Source: Heterodontus francisci
Lineage: Eukaryota
DNA length: 64,000 nucleotides
Assembly: GCF_036365525.1 (NCBI RefSeq)
Contig: NC_090387.1
Location: forward strand, 43,019,404 to 43,083,403
Reading direction: 5' to 3'
The translations under genes were made by a program, and so were the position numbers. Below, in pieces: positions 37,561-49,679 of this stretch; the stretch's first letter is position 1; every line of letters begins with the position of its first letter. The notes beneath the pieces are model-generated. The model saw only the letters and a program-made list of their open reading frames with translations, made no database searches and was not told the origin of the DNA.

Positions 37561-40500
37561 ACCAATGGTTGGTGGATGGGAACAGGAAGTGGCATTAATT
37601 AGGCAGTAAGGTTGTAAAATGGTATCAGCATTGTAATCTCACTTGACCCTGATTTGAATATATTAGTGATGGTCTTGTCTGCTTTAGATGGGACCTATAG
37701 CCACCAGGAATTCTGCCCTCCAGAAATTCAGGCCAGTTTTAAAACCAGCAACAACTGCGTGGGAGAAACAGACACTTTATTTTCCACCTACTATTGATCC
37801 ATGTTTGAATGCAAACAGGCTATTAAGGAGACCAAAAATTATGCCTAATGCATCGGATTCCCAGTGCCATCTTGACTGTTGAGATTCAGCATTATTAATT
37901 TGTGGACTGATTGACAGATGGAAACTCTCAGCAAGGCATGCCATCACGTAGGGATGGAAACCACTGACATCATCAACTGCCTCCAGTCAACTAATCACTG
38001 AGTGGCACAAATGAAGGTTGTTGTGAAAATTACAATGCAGACCATTCTAATCCTCCTAGCTGGAGAGGCAGCCTACATTTGCATGTCTGTTGTAGAAGAA
38101 CTAAAGGGAGAAAGTTAGATACGAAGTTGACATTAATCCCTCTCTCTCATCTGCTTAACATTAGAAGTTGTTTGGTAAATTTAGATAACTTGCACCAAAA
38201 AACCTGATAAAATTGTTCAAGATGTTATCTGGAACTGTGATCTGGATTTGTATACAGGGGGCACAATATCAAAAATTACAGATGACAAAAATACGGTGCA
38301 TAATTAACTTGATTAACTGTGAAGTTAGTTTCAAGAGGACATGGACAAATTAAGTTGATTGGATAGATAGATGTCAGATGATATTTAATGCAGAGAAATA
38401 TGAGACAAAGCTTTTTTGAGAAAGAATAAGGAGAAGAAATGTCAACTAAATGGTTATATTCTAAAATTAATAGAGCAGAGAAAACTAGGGGTTCAGATAC
38501 ACAAATCTTCAGAAGTGGGAGAATGAGTTTGATACTGGATCCTTGGTTTTATAGTTTAAAAGCAACGAAGTAATGCTAAACCTATACAAATGATTTGTTA
38601 GGCCACAGTTCGAATACTGTGTCCAGTTTTGGGCACTTCCTTTTGGAAAGGATGTCAAGGTCACAGGGTGCAGAAGAAATTCTCTAAAATAATTCCAGAG
38701 ATGAAATAATTCAGTTGTGAGGACAGACTAGAGAAACTAGAGTTCAATTTCAGCAGAGCAGAGAAGTTAAAGAGGAGTGAAAACAGAAAGTGCTGGAAAT
38801 ACTCAGCAAGTCTGGCAGCATCTGCGGAGAGAGAAATAATGTTTCAAGTCTGTGATCTTTCATCAGAACTGAGTCAAGATAGGAAGAAATAAGTTCAGTG
38901 GGGCAGCAGCAGGCTGAAATGATGGGTATACCAGGACAGTCCTGTTTGTGGATATTGGGAAGGAGGTAGAAGCGGGTTGTCCGGCGTTGCGGGACTGTGA
39001 GGTAGAAAGCTGTGGAGGGAAGATCTCTGGAGGAGATGAGGTCAGTGACAGTCCTGGAGACAGTGGCTTGATGTTCGATGGTGGGATTCTGGTCCAGGGA
39101 AGGTAGGAAGACGTTTCTGAGAGTTGGCACTCAGCCTCTGCAAGGTAGAGGTTGGTACACCAGACAACAACAGCACCACCCCTGATCACAATGTCGGGAT
39201 TAGACGTGAGAGAACAGAATGCAGCAAGTTCAGAGGGAGGCATGTTGGAGTGAGTGAGGGGAGCAGAGAAGTTAAGGTGGCTGATGTCATGCCAACAGTT
39301 CTCAAGAACAGCTCAAAAGCGAGTAAGAGGCCAGAGGGAGGGGTCCAGGTGGAGGGAGAATACTAGAGGTGAGTGAATGGATCCGCTGGTCAGTGGGAGG
39401 ACACCTAGCCAAAGAGGTGAGTCTGGAGGTGAAGGTGACGAAAGAAGAGCTCAACGTCATGCCGAGCATGAAATTCATTGAGGTGGGGGCATAAGGGAAT
39501 AAAATTGAGTCCTTTGATAAGTACAAATCATTCAGCGTCACAGAGGGGAAGGTCAGAGGGTATTGTGAATACACAGTAAGGGGAGAGATTTATTGTGTGT
39601 TGTTTTTGTATTTGCAGCATTGTTAGGGTGTTATGGAGAAAGTCTTAGACTCCAAATAAAGTCAACTAACAACTCTATTGTTTACATTTACTATATACAC
39701 TCTCCACAAGCCTCCTAAGCTAGTATCCTCTGTGCTGCTATGTTCTTCTCCTCAAGCCCACACCACGTGACTGTTACATCATCACAATTACAGTGGGAAG
39801 GGTCACTCTCACTGTCTTCAGTATTAACCCTTTACCTCCGTTTAATACACCTCCTCCCCCACCACACCGCACCGCCCCACCCACCCCCCCCCAAGTCTTT
39901 ATCCAACATTTTCTCAAACATATATACAATTATGACTTATCTACTACCCTCTCTCCCTCCAAGTCTCTGACTTCAGATTTAGTCTGATGAGAGGTTTGAC
40001 AACACTCCCTGGTTGTAGTCTGTCTGGGATTGTAAGTAATCTTTTTTGTAAGTATGGACTGCTGACTTGGTTGAACTTTACTGCGGAGTGTCGCATTCTG
40101 TTCAGTTTGGGTTTGTTCATATTCCTCTGGGTCTTCCAAATGAATTATTGGCTGTTGCTTTTGGGCAATAGGAATGATATTCCTCCAATTTCTTCATATG
40201 CTCCCTTCAGTCGTGTATATCACATACGATCACTGATAGTCTTCATGTTTATGGATTACTGTACCTTCCCTTTCCAGGTCGCGTATCCATACACTTCGAC
40301 CATTGTCTAATTTGGGTAAGCTTCTTGCTCAAAATTTATTATAATTCCGGGTTTGTTTTCTTCTGTAGGAGTTTTCTCTATCTTGTCCTTTCTCAGTCTT
40401 GAGCCTTCAATCCAGGAATCAATTTCTGAGGCAACAATGGAAGTTGTGTTCTTAACTTCCTGCCCATCAGTAATTCAGCTGGTGATAATCTACACATTAA

Positions 40501-41569
40501 CAGTGTTGAACGATAAACTAGGAGTGAGATTGGAAGATCTTCATTTTTCTTTCTTAAAGACTTAATGGTTCTCACACTTCTGTCCGCCTCACAGTTGGAC
40601 TGTGGATATCTCAGTGAGCTTGTGAGATGCTGAAAGCCCATCTTCACCACAAACTGAGTAAAATATTCATTCGCGAACTGTGGTCCTTTGATAATATTTC
40701 GTCCAGAATCTCATGTGTCGCAAATATGTCTTGAAGAATCCTGATAACTATGTCAGTGGTCGTAGAATATAATCTTCAGACTTCTATCCACCTTGAAAAG
40801 TAATTGATGATGATTATATATGTCATCCCACTAAACATGAATAAATCCAAAGCTAGCTTTTGTCAAGGTCTAATTGGAAGTTGAGTAGTTAACAGAGGTT
40901 TGTGCTGTTCTGGCTTCTGTATCTGGCAGGTTTGACAGTTCTGGATCATGGTCTCGATGTCCTTAGATATTCCAGGCCACCATACTGAAGATTGTGCCCT
41001 CACTCTGCACCTGTTTATACCCAAATGGTCTTGGTGTAGATGATCTAAGATATCAGATCTCATTGAATTAGGAATAACAATTCTGCCATTGTAAACTAAT
41101 AAGTCGATTATGGTAAAAGTATTTCCTATACTCATGGAACGTTCTGATTTTTCACCCTCCTGGACTTCCTTGTAGCCACCCTTGTGTACAATAGTACCTA
41201 ATGTGAATGCATTCTTCATTGGCATTTTTGGCTTGGCATATTTCTCGCAACTTGTGTGCTTACCAGCAATTTTGTGCTGTATGTCGTAAATATAATTCAT
41301 GTCTCCTGTGCGGGATGGTCTACCTTGATAGTGCATCGACTGACAATTGCAACTTCCCTTGAACGTATACTATCACATATGTATACCTTATCAATCTTAG
41401 ACAAAATCTTTGTAATGTGGAGGCATTTTTGCAATTTTCTTTTCATCTAACAAGGATACCAAAGGTTTATGGCCTGTCTCGATGACGACACGTAATCAAA
41501 TAATGTAGTCTGAAAATTTTTCACATACCCACGTGACAGTGAGAGCTTTTTTTTCTATAACCACATAGT

Positions 41570-42248
41570 AGGCTGAATTTTGTGCTCTCGCCTAAATGGC
41601 AGCCGGCACGCACGGGCCGCATGCCGCAGTTCATTTAAATATGCAGGGCGGCCGTCCCCCCATCACGTGACGGGGGCGGCCATGGCGATGTCGTGAACGG
41701 CGTCAGCTGTCTCTGCGCAGGCACTGGTGCTATTTTTAAAAGGGCTGCCAGCCCTGCTCAGAGACTGCAGAGTTGAACCCCGTTTTCCCCCCTACAACTA
41801 CACCGAAAATATGTTTGCTCCATTCCTCCCCAGCACACCGACATTGCAGAGTTGACCCCTTTCCTCCCGCCACACTGAAAATGCAGAGTTGACCCTGTTT
41901 CCCCCCGACCCCACTACACTAAAATTCCTGAGTTCCCCCTTCCCCACCTCAGTAGCGCAAGCTTTCCCTGGACAGGAAAGTGAAGGCGCGTGAGTGCCGC
42001 CTATCTCACGGAAGATCCTGAAGATCGCAAGGAATTGTATTTAAATGTATTCATAAAGCTTAGTTAAATATTTAAAGTTGGGTCCCATCGCCAAGTGGCA
42101 GGGGGCCGCCATGGAGCTTCGCTGCCACCGGGAAGATCAGGCCAGGCAATCCTGGCATCGGGCTCCAAGGAGGGCCGCTGCTACTCCGATCTTCTGGTGC
42201 CCCCCATGCCATGGAATCCGATGTCGGGAGCAGGACAAAATTCAGCCC
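41570..42248. mobile_element. Harbinger-type MITE inserted in Gypsy RNase H
   Basis: 13-bp perfect TIR GGCTGAATTTTGT/ACAAAATTCAGCC and 3-bp TSD AGT. It interrupts YASRALSET..VIEKKAL. Confidence 0.85.
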
Positions 42249-45099
42249 AGTGTGTCTGTTTCTGACAAAGCTCTTGATGCATAGAATATTGGTCTATGGG
42301 AACCATCAGGTTGCTCCCGAGAAAGAACTGTGCCCAACTCAGCTGAGAAGGCATCTGCTGCTATCGTCGTAGGTAGTGTAGCATTGTAGTGTGCCAAGAC
42401 ATCCGGAGAAATAAGCATCTCTTTAAATTTTCTGGAATGCTTGTTCTTGGTCGGAATTCCAACACCACGCTTGCTGTTTTCTGAAGAGTTGTTTCAGTGG
42501 ATCAGTTATCTGTGCTAAGTGAGGTAGAAACTTTGCTAATTGATTTACCATTACCAGGAATCTTTGGAGCTTTTGAACGGTAGTAGGAGAAGGAATTTCT
42601 GTAATGGCCCTTGTCTTCTGTGGAGCTGCCATTATACCTTCACTGCTCACTATCTGTCCCAAGAAACAAATTGAATTCTTGGATAATTTGCACTTCTCAT
42701 TTAAAGTTAGTCCTGCTCCTTGACGTCTCTGTCAAACTCTTTGGTCATGTTCCTCTACTGACTGTCTATGTATTAGGATGTCATTAATGTGACAAATAAC
42801 TTCTTTGAGCCCTGCTAAGATGTTGGACATATACCATTGAAAGATCTCTGGTGCGGATGTTATTCCAAATGAAACAAAACCGCCCAAAAAGGTTGTATAA
42901 ATGTGGTCAATAATCTTGAGGTCTCATCTAGGGTTACTTGCCAAAGCACACAATTGGCATCAAAAGTTTCATAAACATGGTGCCCTGAGAGAGTTGCTCT
43001 AAACTGTCATGAACTGTGGACATAGGGTAAATCTCACGCACTACTGCTTTGTTGAGTGGCGTTAAATCCATACAAATACACAGAGTTCCATTTTGCTTTG
43101 GGACAGGAACCATGGCTGAACACCACTCCATTGGTTGTGTTACTGGAGAGATAACACCTATTCTTGTCATCTCTTCCAATTGTTCTTGGACTTTGTTTAA
43201 TAAGGTTCGAGGTATTCTTTTTGGTGTGACGACACACACTGGCCTGGCCCCTTCCTTCAATGTGATCCTGCACTCCATCTTGAGTCCTCCAAGCTCTGTG
43301 AAAAGACTTGAAAGTGATTGTTTTCCTTTGTTTGCTTGACTCTGTCTATCTTCTTAATCAACTGCAGTTCTAAACATGCATTCCTACTCAGTCAGGAAAA
43401 TTCTTGATTATGCAAGACCAGTTGTCTCTCTCTATGCTGAAGTGTTGCTTGGAGTTTGCCTTTTACTCTCAGTTGTGACCCGCCTGGACCATGCAACTAC
43501 ATAGCCACCGGCTGTAGGCAATGTCTCATTACCCATGGCTCTTGATCAGACAATACTGTGATGCTAGCCCATGTCAACTTTAAAATTCATGAGGTGTCCA
43601 TTCACGTAGATGTCCACCATCCAGAAACCTTAAACTGGGTTACTAATTTCTCCCAAGAAATCTCCTGGCTCTTTCTCATCTGGACATTGATGTACTTGAT
43701 GCACTGCTCTTTGCGTGAAGTTCTTCTGCTTTGTACTCTTAAGCGAAGAAATTTTGCTCTGGCACATTTTGCCATAATATCCTTTTATTTTTACAATTAA
43801 AACACTCGGCTTTACTTGCTCTACACTGCTCCCGTCTGTGGGTCTTCCTGGCTCCACAACCTTAGCATGGTTTCCCTGTATCATGCACCTTCTCAATTGT
43901 ATGTGTTTTCTTTTCCACGAAGAGTTTCTCTGACTTTGGCCTCACAAACTACTGGCATTGGACTACTTCTCATCCATGGCTTGTCTTCAACTCATAGAAT
44001 GGCCCTATTCTGTTTGTGAACTTCAGCTTGTCTTACACTGGAAAAGGCCATTCAGATTGTAAGGTCTTCCTTGGATTGCATATGGTCAGATAAGGACTCA
44101 TCAGCTATGCTGACGACTATCTGTTCTGTCTTTATTTCACCATATTTGCATCCTTCTGCCAACCTACACAGATGATTAATATAGGAATCAATGGATTCAC
44201 CACTCCTCTGTCCCCAAGATTTTATTGCTGCGAAGATTGAAATATTTATCAAAAACTTGAAGTACCTCTTCAAATTTATCGGAAGCCTCATTGATCCCTT
44301 GTTGTGCAATTATGTCATCTGCAATCGCACCTACTGAATATAAAATGGTGGTCACTTTTTCCACTTCTGATCTGGTAAGGAGTCGAGAAGCAATCCTAAA
44401 CCTTAGGAACCTTTTCCTCCAAAAGGACCAATTTTGTACCTGATTCGGTCCTTCTTGATCATGGTGGACGCTTTCAGGCATTAAAAATTTTGAAGCCATA
44501 TTGCTTTCTTTAATAGATTTTTTAGGGTGTTCCCTTTTCTTTAAGAAATTCTGTTTTTTTTCAGGGCTTGCTTGCTTTAATGGAAGTGCCCTGCTGTTTT
44601 TGGGATTTCCCACTCTTTGCCCTTGTGTTCAGCCCACGTGAAGGATTGGGCTTTTCCCCTTTTTTTCACTTCCTGAGCACAATGCCTTCAGAAAATTAGT
44701 TCAAACCTTTCAAAGTGCTTTTAACCCAATCCAAGACCATCAGTATCATGACTCACCTGATCATTGGATTCTACTTGCACACCACCAACCTTCTGTAGCA
44801 CAGCCTGTATTTCTGTATTCTGACTCACCGCAGTTCCGGAGCTTTTCACAGACTCTTACTGTACTGGGCCAGTATTTATCTTTAAATTTCTCTGTTGTTC
44901 ACCACAGTTTTACCACTGCCACCATATTGTGTGTTGTTGTATTTGTAGCATTGCTAGGACACTCTGGATAAAGTCAACCAACAACTCTTTATTATTTACA
45001 TTTACTACATACACTCTCTGCAAGTTTCCTAAGCTAACAAAAACAAGAAATGCTGGATTCACTCAGCAGGTCTGGCAGCATCTGTGGAAAGAGAAGCAG

Positions 45100-45136
45100 A
45101 GTTAACGTTTCGGGTCAGTGACCCTTCTTCGGAACT
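45100..45136 (-). ncRNA. Minimal hammerhead ribozyme motif
   Basis: Reverse complement AGTT-CCGAAGA-A-GGGTCACTGACCC-GAAACGTT-AACT. Confidence 0.7.
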
Positions 45137-45517
45137 GACAAATATTAGAAAAGTCACAGATTATAAACAAGTGAGGTGGGGGTTGGGCAAGAGATAACAA
45201 AGGAGAAGGTGCAGATTGGACCAGGCCACATAGCTGACCAAAAGGTCACGGAGCAAAGGCAAACAATATGTTAATGGTGTGTTGAAAGATAAAGCATTAG
45301 TACAGATTAGGTGTGAATATACTGAATATTGAACATCAGCAAGTGCAAACCTGAAGAAAAACAACCTGAAAAAAACAGTGGGTAAGCAAACTGAACAAAC
45401 TAAGATGAAATGAAATAAATGCAAAAAAAGATTGTAAAAAATGTAAAAAGGAATGCAAAAAAAAGGGAAGAAAAAATAACTAAAAATGACTAAAAATGAA
45501 AGTAAAGTGGGGGGCTG

Positions 45518-47329
45518 TCATGCTCTGAAATTATTGAACTCAATGTTCAGTCCGGCAGGCTGTAGTGTGCCTAATCGGTAGATGAGATGCTGTTCCTCGA
45601 GCTTGCGTTGATGTTCACTGGAACACTGCAGCAATCCCAGGACAGAGATGTGAGCATGAGAGCAGGGGGGAGTGTTGAAATGGCAAGCAACCGGAAGCTC
45701 AGGGTCCTGCTTGCGGACTGAGCGGAGATGTTCCGCAAAGCGGTCACCCAGTCTGCGCTTGGTCTCCCCAATGTAGAGGAGACCACACTGTGAGCAGCGA
45801 ATACAGTATACTACATTGAAAGAAGTACAAGTAAATCGCTGCTTCACCTGAAAGGAGAGTTTGGGGCCTGGGATAGTGAGGAGAGAGGAGGTAAATGGGC
45901 AGGTATTACACCTCCTGCGATTGCAAGGGAAGGTGCCCTGGGACGGGGACGAGGTGGTGGGGGTAATGGAGGAGTGGACCAGGGTGTCGCGGAGGGAACG
46001 ATCCCTTCGGAATGCTGACAGGGGAAGGGAGGGGAAGATGCGACTGGTAGTGGCATCACGCTGGAGGTGGCGAAAATGGCGGAGGATGATCCTTTGGATA
46101 TGGAGGCTGGTGGGATGAAAAGTGAGGACAAGGGGAACCCTGTCACGGTTCTGGGAGGGAGGGGAAGGGGTGAGGGTAGAGGTGCGGGGAATGGGTCGGA
46201 CACGGTTGAGGGCCCTGTCAACCACAGTGGGGGGAAATCCTCGGTTGAGGAAAAAGGAGGTCATATCAGAAGCACCGTCATGGAAGGTAGCATCATCAGA
46301 GCAGATGCGTCGGAGACGGAGAAACTGGGAGAATGGAATGGAGTCCTTACAGGAGGTAGGGTGTGAAGAAGTGTAGTCGAGGTAGCTGTGGGAGTCAGTG
46401 GGCTTATAATGGATATTGGTAGACAACCTATCCCCAGAGATGGAGACAGAGAAGTCGAGGAAGGGAAGGGAAGTGTCAGAGATGGACCATGTAAAGGTGA
46501 GAGAAGGGTGGAAATTGGAAGCAAAGTTGATAAAGTTTTCTAGTTCGGGGCAGGAGCAGGAAACGGCACCGATACAGTCATCAATGTACCGGAAAAAGAG
46601 TTGGGGGAGGGGGCCTGAGTAGGACTGGAACAAAGAATGCTCGACATATCCCACAAAAAGACAGGCATAACTAGGACCCATGCGGGTACCCATAGCGACA
46701 CCTTTTACTTGAAGGAAGTGCGTGGAGTTGAAGGAGAAGTTGTTCAATGTGAGAACAAGTTCAGCCAGGCGGAGGAGGGTGGTGGTGGATGGGGACTGGT
46801 TGGGCCTCTGTTCCAGGAAGAAGCGGAGAGCCCTCAAACCATCCTGGTGGGGGATGGAGGTGTAGAGCGATTGGACGTCCATAGTGAAGAGGAGGCGGTT
46901 GGGACCAGGAAACTGGAAATTGTCAAAATGACGTAGGGCGTCAGAAGAGTCACGGATGTAGGTGGGAAGAGACTGGACCAGCGGAGAAAAGATAGAGTCT
47001 AGATAGGAAGAAATAAGTTCAGTTGGGCAGGAGCAGGCTGACACAATGGGTCTGCCGGGACAGTCCCGTTTGTGGATTTTGGGAAGGAGGTAGAAGCGGG
47101 CTGTCCGGGGTTGCGGGACTATGAGGTTGGAAGCTGTAGAGGGAAGATCTCCAGAGGAGATGAGGTCAGTGACAGTCCTTTGGACGGTGGCTTGATGTTC
47201 GGTGGTTGGGTCATGGTCCAGAGGGAGGTAGGAAGAGGTGTCTGTGAGTTGGCGTTGAGCTTCTGCAAGGTAGAGGTCGGTACGCCATACAACAACAGCA
47301 CCACCCTTGTCTGCAGGTTTGATGACCAT
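45518..47329 (-). CDS. Penelope RT + GIY-YIG endonuclease, 603 aa open; in frame with 47528-47962 across one stop codon
   Basis: IKPADKGG, FTMDVQSLYTSIP, KGVAMGTRMGPSYACLF, FFRYIDD, VVYCIRCSQCGLLYIGETKRRLGDRFAEH. Confidence 0.92.
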   Translation of the reverse strand: MVIKPADKGGAVVVWRTDLYLAEAQRQLTDTSSYLPLDHDPTTEHQATVQRTVTDLISSGDLPSTASNLIVPQPRTARFYLLPKIHKRDCPGRPIVSACSCPTELISSYLDSIFSPLVQSLPTYIRDSSDALRHFDNFQFPGPNRLLFTMDVQSLYTSIPHQDGLRALRFFLEQRPNQSPSTTTLLRLAELVLTLNNFSFNSTHFLQVKGVAMGTRMGPSYACLFVGYVEHSLFQSYSGPLPQLFFRYIDDCIGAVSCSCPELENFINFASNFHPSLTFTWSISDTSLPFLDFSVSISGDRLSTNIHYKPTDSHSYLDYTSSHPTSCKDSIPFSQFLRLRRICSDDATFHDGASDMTSFFLNRGFPPTVVDRALNRVRPIPRTSTLTPSPPSQNRDRVPLVLTFHPTSLHIQRIILRHFRHLQRDATTSRIFPSLPLSAFRRDRSLRDTLVHSSITPTTSSPSQGTFPCNRRRCNTCPFTSSLLTIPGPKLSFQVKQRFTCTSFNVVYCIRCSQCGLLYIGETKRRLGDRFAEHLRSVRKQDPELPVACHFNTPPCSHAHISVLGLLQCSSEHQRKLEEQHLIYRLGTLQPAGLNIEFNNFRA

Positions 47330-48081
47330 GTCGGGGTTAGACCTGAGAGAACGGAGTGCCTCAAGTTCAGAGGGGGACAGGTTAGAGTGAGTGAGGGGGG
47401 CAGAGAAATTGAGACAACCAATGTCTCGCCGACAGTTTTCAATGAAGAGATCAAGAGCAGGTAAGAGGCCAGGGTGAGGGGTCCAGGTAGAGGGAGAATG
47501 CTGGAGGCGGGTGAATGGGTCTGCTGGTCAGGGGGAGGACTCCTGGTTGAAGAAGTGAGCCCGGAGGCGGAGGCGACGGAAGAAGAGCTCAACGTCATGC
47601 CGAGCGCGAAATTCATTGAGGTGGGGGCGTAAGGGGATAAAACTGAGAGCTTTGCTGAGTACAGAACGCTCAGCATCAGAGAGGGGGAGGTCAGAGGGTA
47701 TAGTGAATACACGGCAAGGGGTCAGATCAGAAGGGGTGGGGTCAGAGGGAAGTGAAGCGGAAGGAAGATCTGGAGGGGCATTAGTCCCCATCAGCTGCTG
47801 GAGCTTGCGTTCCTTAACACCTGAAAGGAAGAAAAAAAGTTTTTTGTTAATGCGTCGGATGAGACGTAAGATGAGATGAAACTGCGGAGTAGAACAGATT
47901 TGAGATAAGGTGAGACGGTGCTGCTGGAGAGAGAGGTCCAGTGTGTGCATATGGTGGCGCATAGCACTAAGTGTGGATCTCAGGATGCGGCGAGAGTAGC
48001 AATCTGCACCTTCTCCTTTGTTATCTCTTGCCCAACCCCCACCTCACTTGTTTATAATCTGTGACTTTTCTAATATTTGTC

Positions 48082-48118
48082 AGTTCCGAAGAAGGGTCAC
48101 TGACCCGAAACGTTAACT
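48082..48118 (+). ncRNA. Minimal hammerhead ribozyme motif in the inverted arm
   Basis: Same motif on the plus strand. Confidence 0.7.
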
Positions 48119-49679
48119 CTGCTTCTCTTTCCACAGATGCTGCCAGATCTGCTGAGTGAATCCAGCATTTCTTGTTTTTGTTTCAGATTTCCAGCATCCG
48201 CAGTATTTTGCTTTTATTCCTAAGCTAACATCCTCTGTGCTGCTATCTCTTCCTCAAGCCCATACCATGTGACTGTTACATCATCACTCTTACAGTGGGA
48301 GGGGTACTCACATTATCTTCAGTATTAACTCTTTACATCCATGTACTACAAGTTTTTTGGAAATGCATCGGATAAGACAAAGGATGAAATGAAACTGCAG
48401 AGCAGGAGAGCTTTGAGATAGGGTAAGTCGATGTTTCTGGAGAGAGAGAGGTCGAGTGTGTACATGGTACATGTGCTGGCACATGGCACTGAGTGTGGAA
48501 CAGCAGTCCGAGGAATGTTGTATATCTTGGAGATACCTGGGTGGATTTGAAACATGAAGGACTGGACTTCAGTTGGAATACACATGGAATAAGTGGGAAC
48601 CGGAGATAGTCGTTGAGGAAGGAGATGTGGCTGTGAAAATGGGTTTTGACGTACATCTTATCGAACGCCATGAGGGAAATGGAAAACAATGAAGGTGAAC
48701 AAGGGAAAGAGGAGATCTGATTGAGTTGTTTAAAATCAAAGAGAATTTTGGCAAAGATAAATAGAGAAAAAAAAAACTATTTCCACTGGTGGTTGAGATG
48801 ATTAAAGATCACAAGCAAAAGGAGACATTAGAATTTTTTCACACACACACACACACACAGTTATTAGAATCTTAAATACACTGCCAGAAACAGTGGTGGA
48901 AGCAGAATTCATAAGGGCTTTTCAAAGGAAGAAGTAGTTGAAATACAACAACTTTAAATGGCAAAGGGTACAGAAATGGAACTAAATGGATAGTTGTTTT
49001 AGTGCGATGGGCCAAATGGAGTAATGTGCTGTAAAATCCTATGATGTGATCTTTTAAACTTGTGGAAAAACAAGAGAATAGGTTCTGAACTGTCACTATC
49101 TACTGATCCATTATTTAATTGAAGTACAACTGTAAAATAAATGACATTATGCAAATTAAGCCATGACCATGTAACTTTCCATTATAATTTATAAAATCTC
49201 ATTGTAGATCAACAGATCAGTGCTTAAATTACAGCTTTAGTAGGTAATATTTATTGGTTCAATAACAGCATCTACCTAGCATAGACCCAAACTATAAGTT
49301 GAACAGAAGCCAACTGCCTCTGATTCTGTTAATTAATCTGCCATTTACAGTGAAGGAACAGCTGTACAGGTCTCCGGGATGACATGCCAAAGGGACAGGA
49401 ATGTTGAGCTTGTGATACAAAGACCTCTCCAAAAGAAAACAATGAATGTGAAGCTAACTGTACTGATGCACCATGAAAAAAAATACATAGATATGACCTA
49501 TTTAGGGAAGGTCCTCTAAATCTAGCATGAAATCTGGAATGAAATCTAAAAAAATCCATTGATGGTTCACTAAAGAGCCAATTCTGCATTTTGAAAGCCA
49601 ATCTGGGAAAATGTAGAACAGTGTGCAGTCAATGAATAGTGATTGTACAAAATAGACCAAACTTTGAAACGTGGTACTG

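Larger units (their letters stand above)
45040..48216 (-). mobile_element. Near-complete young Penelope-like element with inverted pLTR arm (about 48000-48216)
   Basis: 14-bp TSD TTCCTAAGCTAACA at 45026-45039 and 48217-48230. The pLTR is nearly identical to that of 2421-3617. Confidence 0.95.
39591..48350 (-). mobile_element. Full-length decayed Gypsy LTR retrotransposon (canonical gag-PR-RT-RH-INT)
   Basis: LTRs 39591-39849 and 44925-48350 (the latter split by a PLE). PBS TGGTGGCAGTGGTA at 44911-44924, PPT next to 39850. Gag 44613-43630, RT about 43278-42423, integrase 41336-40393. Confidence 0.9.
38778..48705 (-). mobile_element. Older Penelope-like element split by a Gypsy insertion (38778-39590 and 48351-48705)
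   Basis: RFYLLPNIHKQDCPGIPIISACCCPTELISSYLD near 38900 and N-terminal SHISFLNDYLRFPLIPCVFQLK near 48600. Degenerate hammerhead CTGATGA..GAAAC at about 38835-38870. Confidence 0.8.
38080..49040 (+). mobile_element. Old CR1 fragment hosting a nested stack (pieces about 38080-38777 and 48706-49040)
   Basis: KITDDK, RPQFEYCVQFW and EDRLEKL before 38777. It resumes RGDLIELFK after 48706, with AAAGAGGAG duplicated at both junctions. Confidence 0.7.

Noticed and set aside
45844-47712. Overlapping alternate-frame and antisense ORFs over the Penelope CDS
   Set aside because: These are shadows of a C-rich coding sequence with few stops in other frames.
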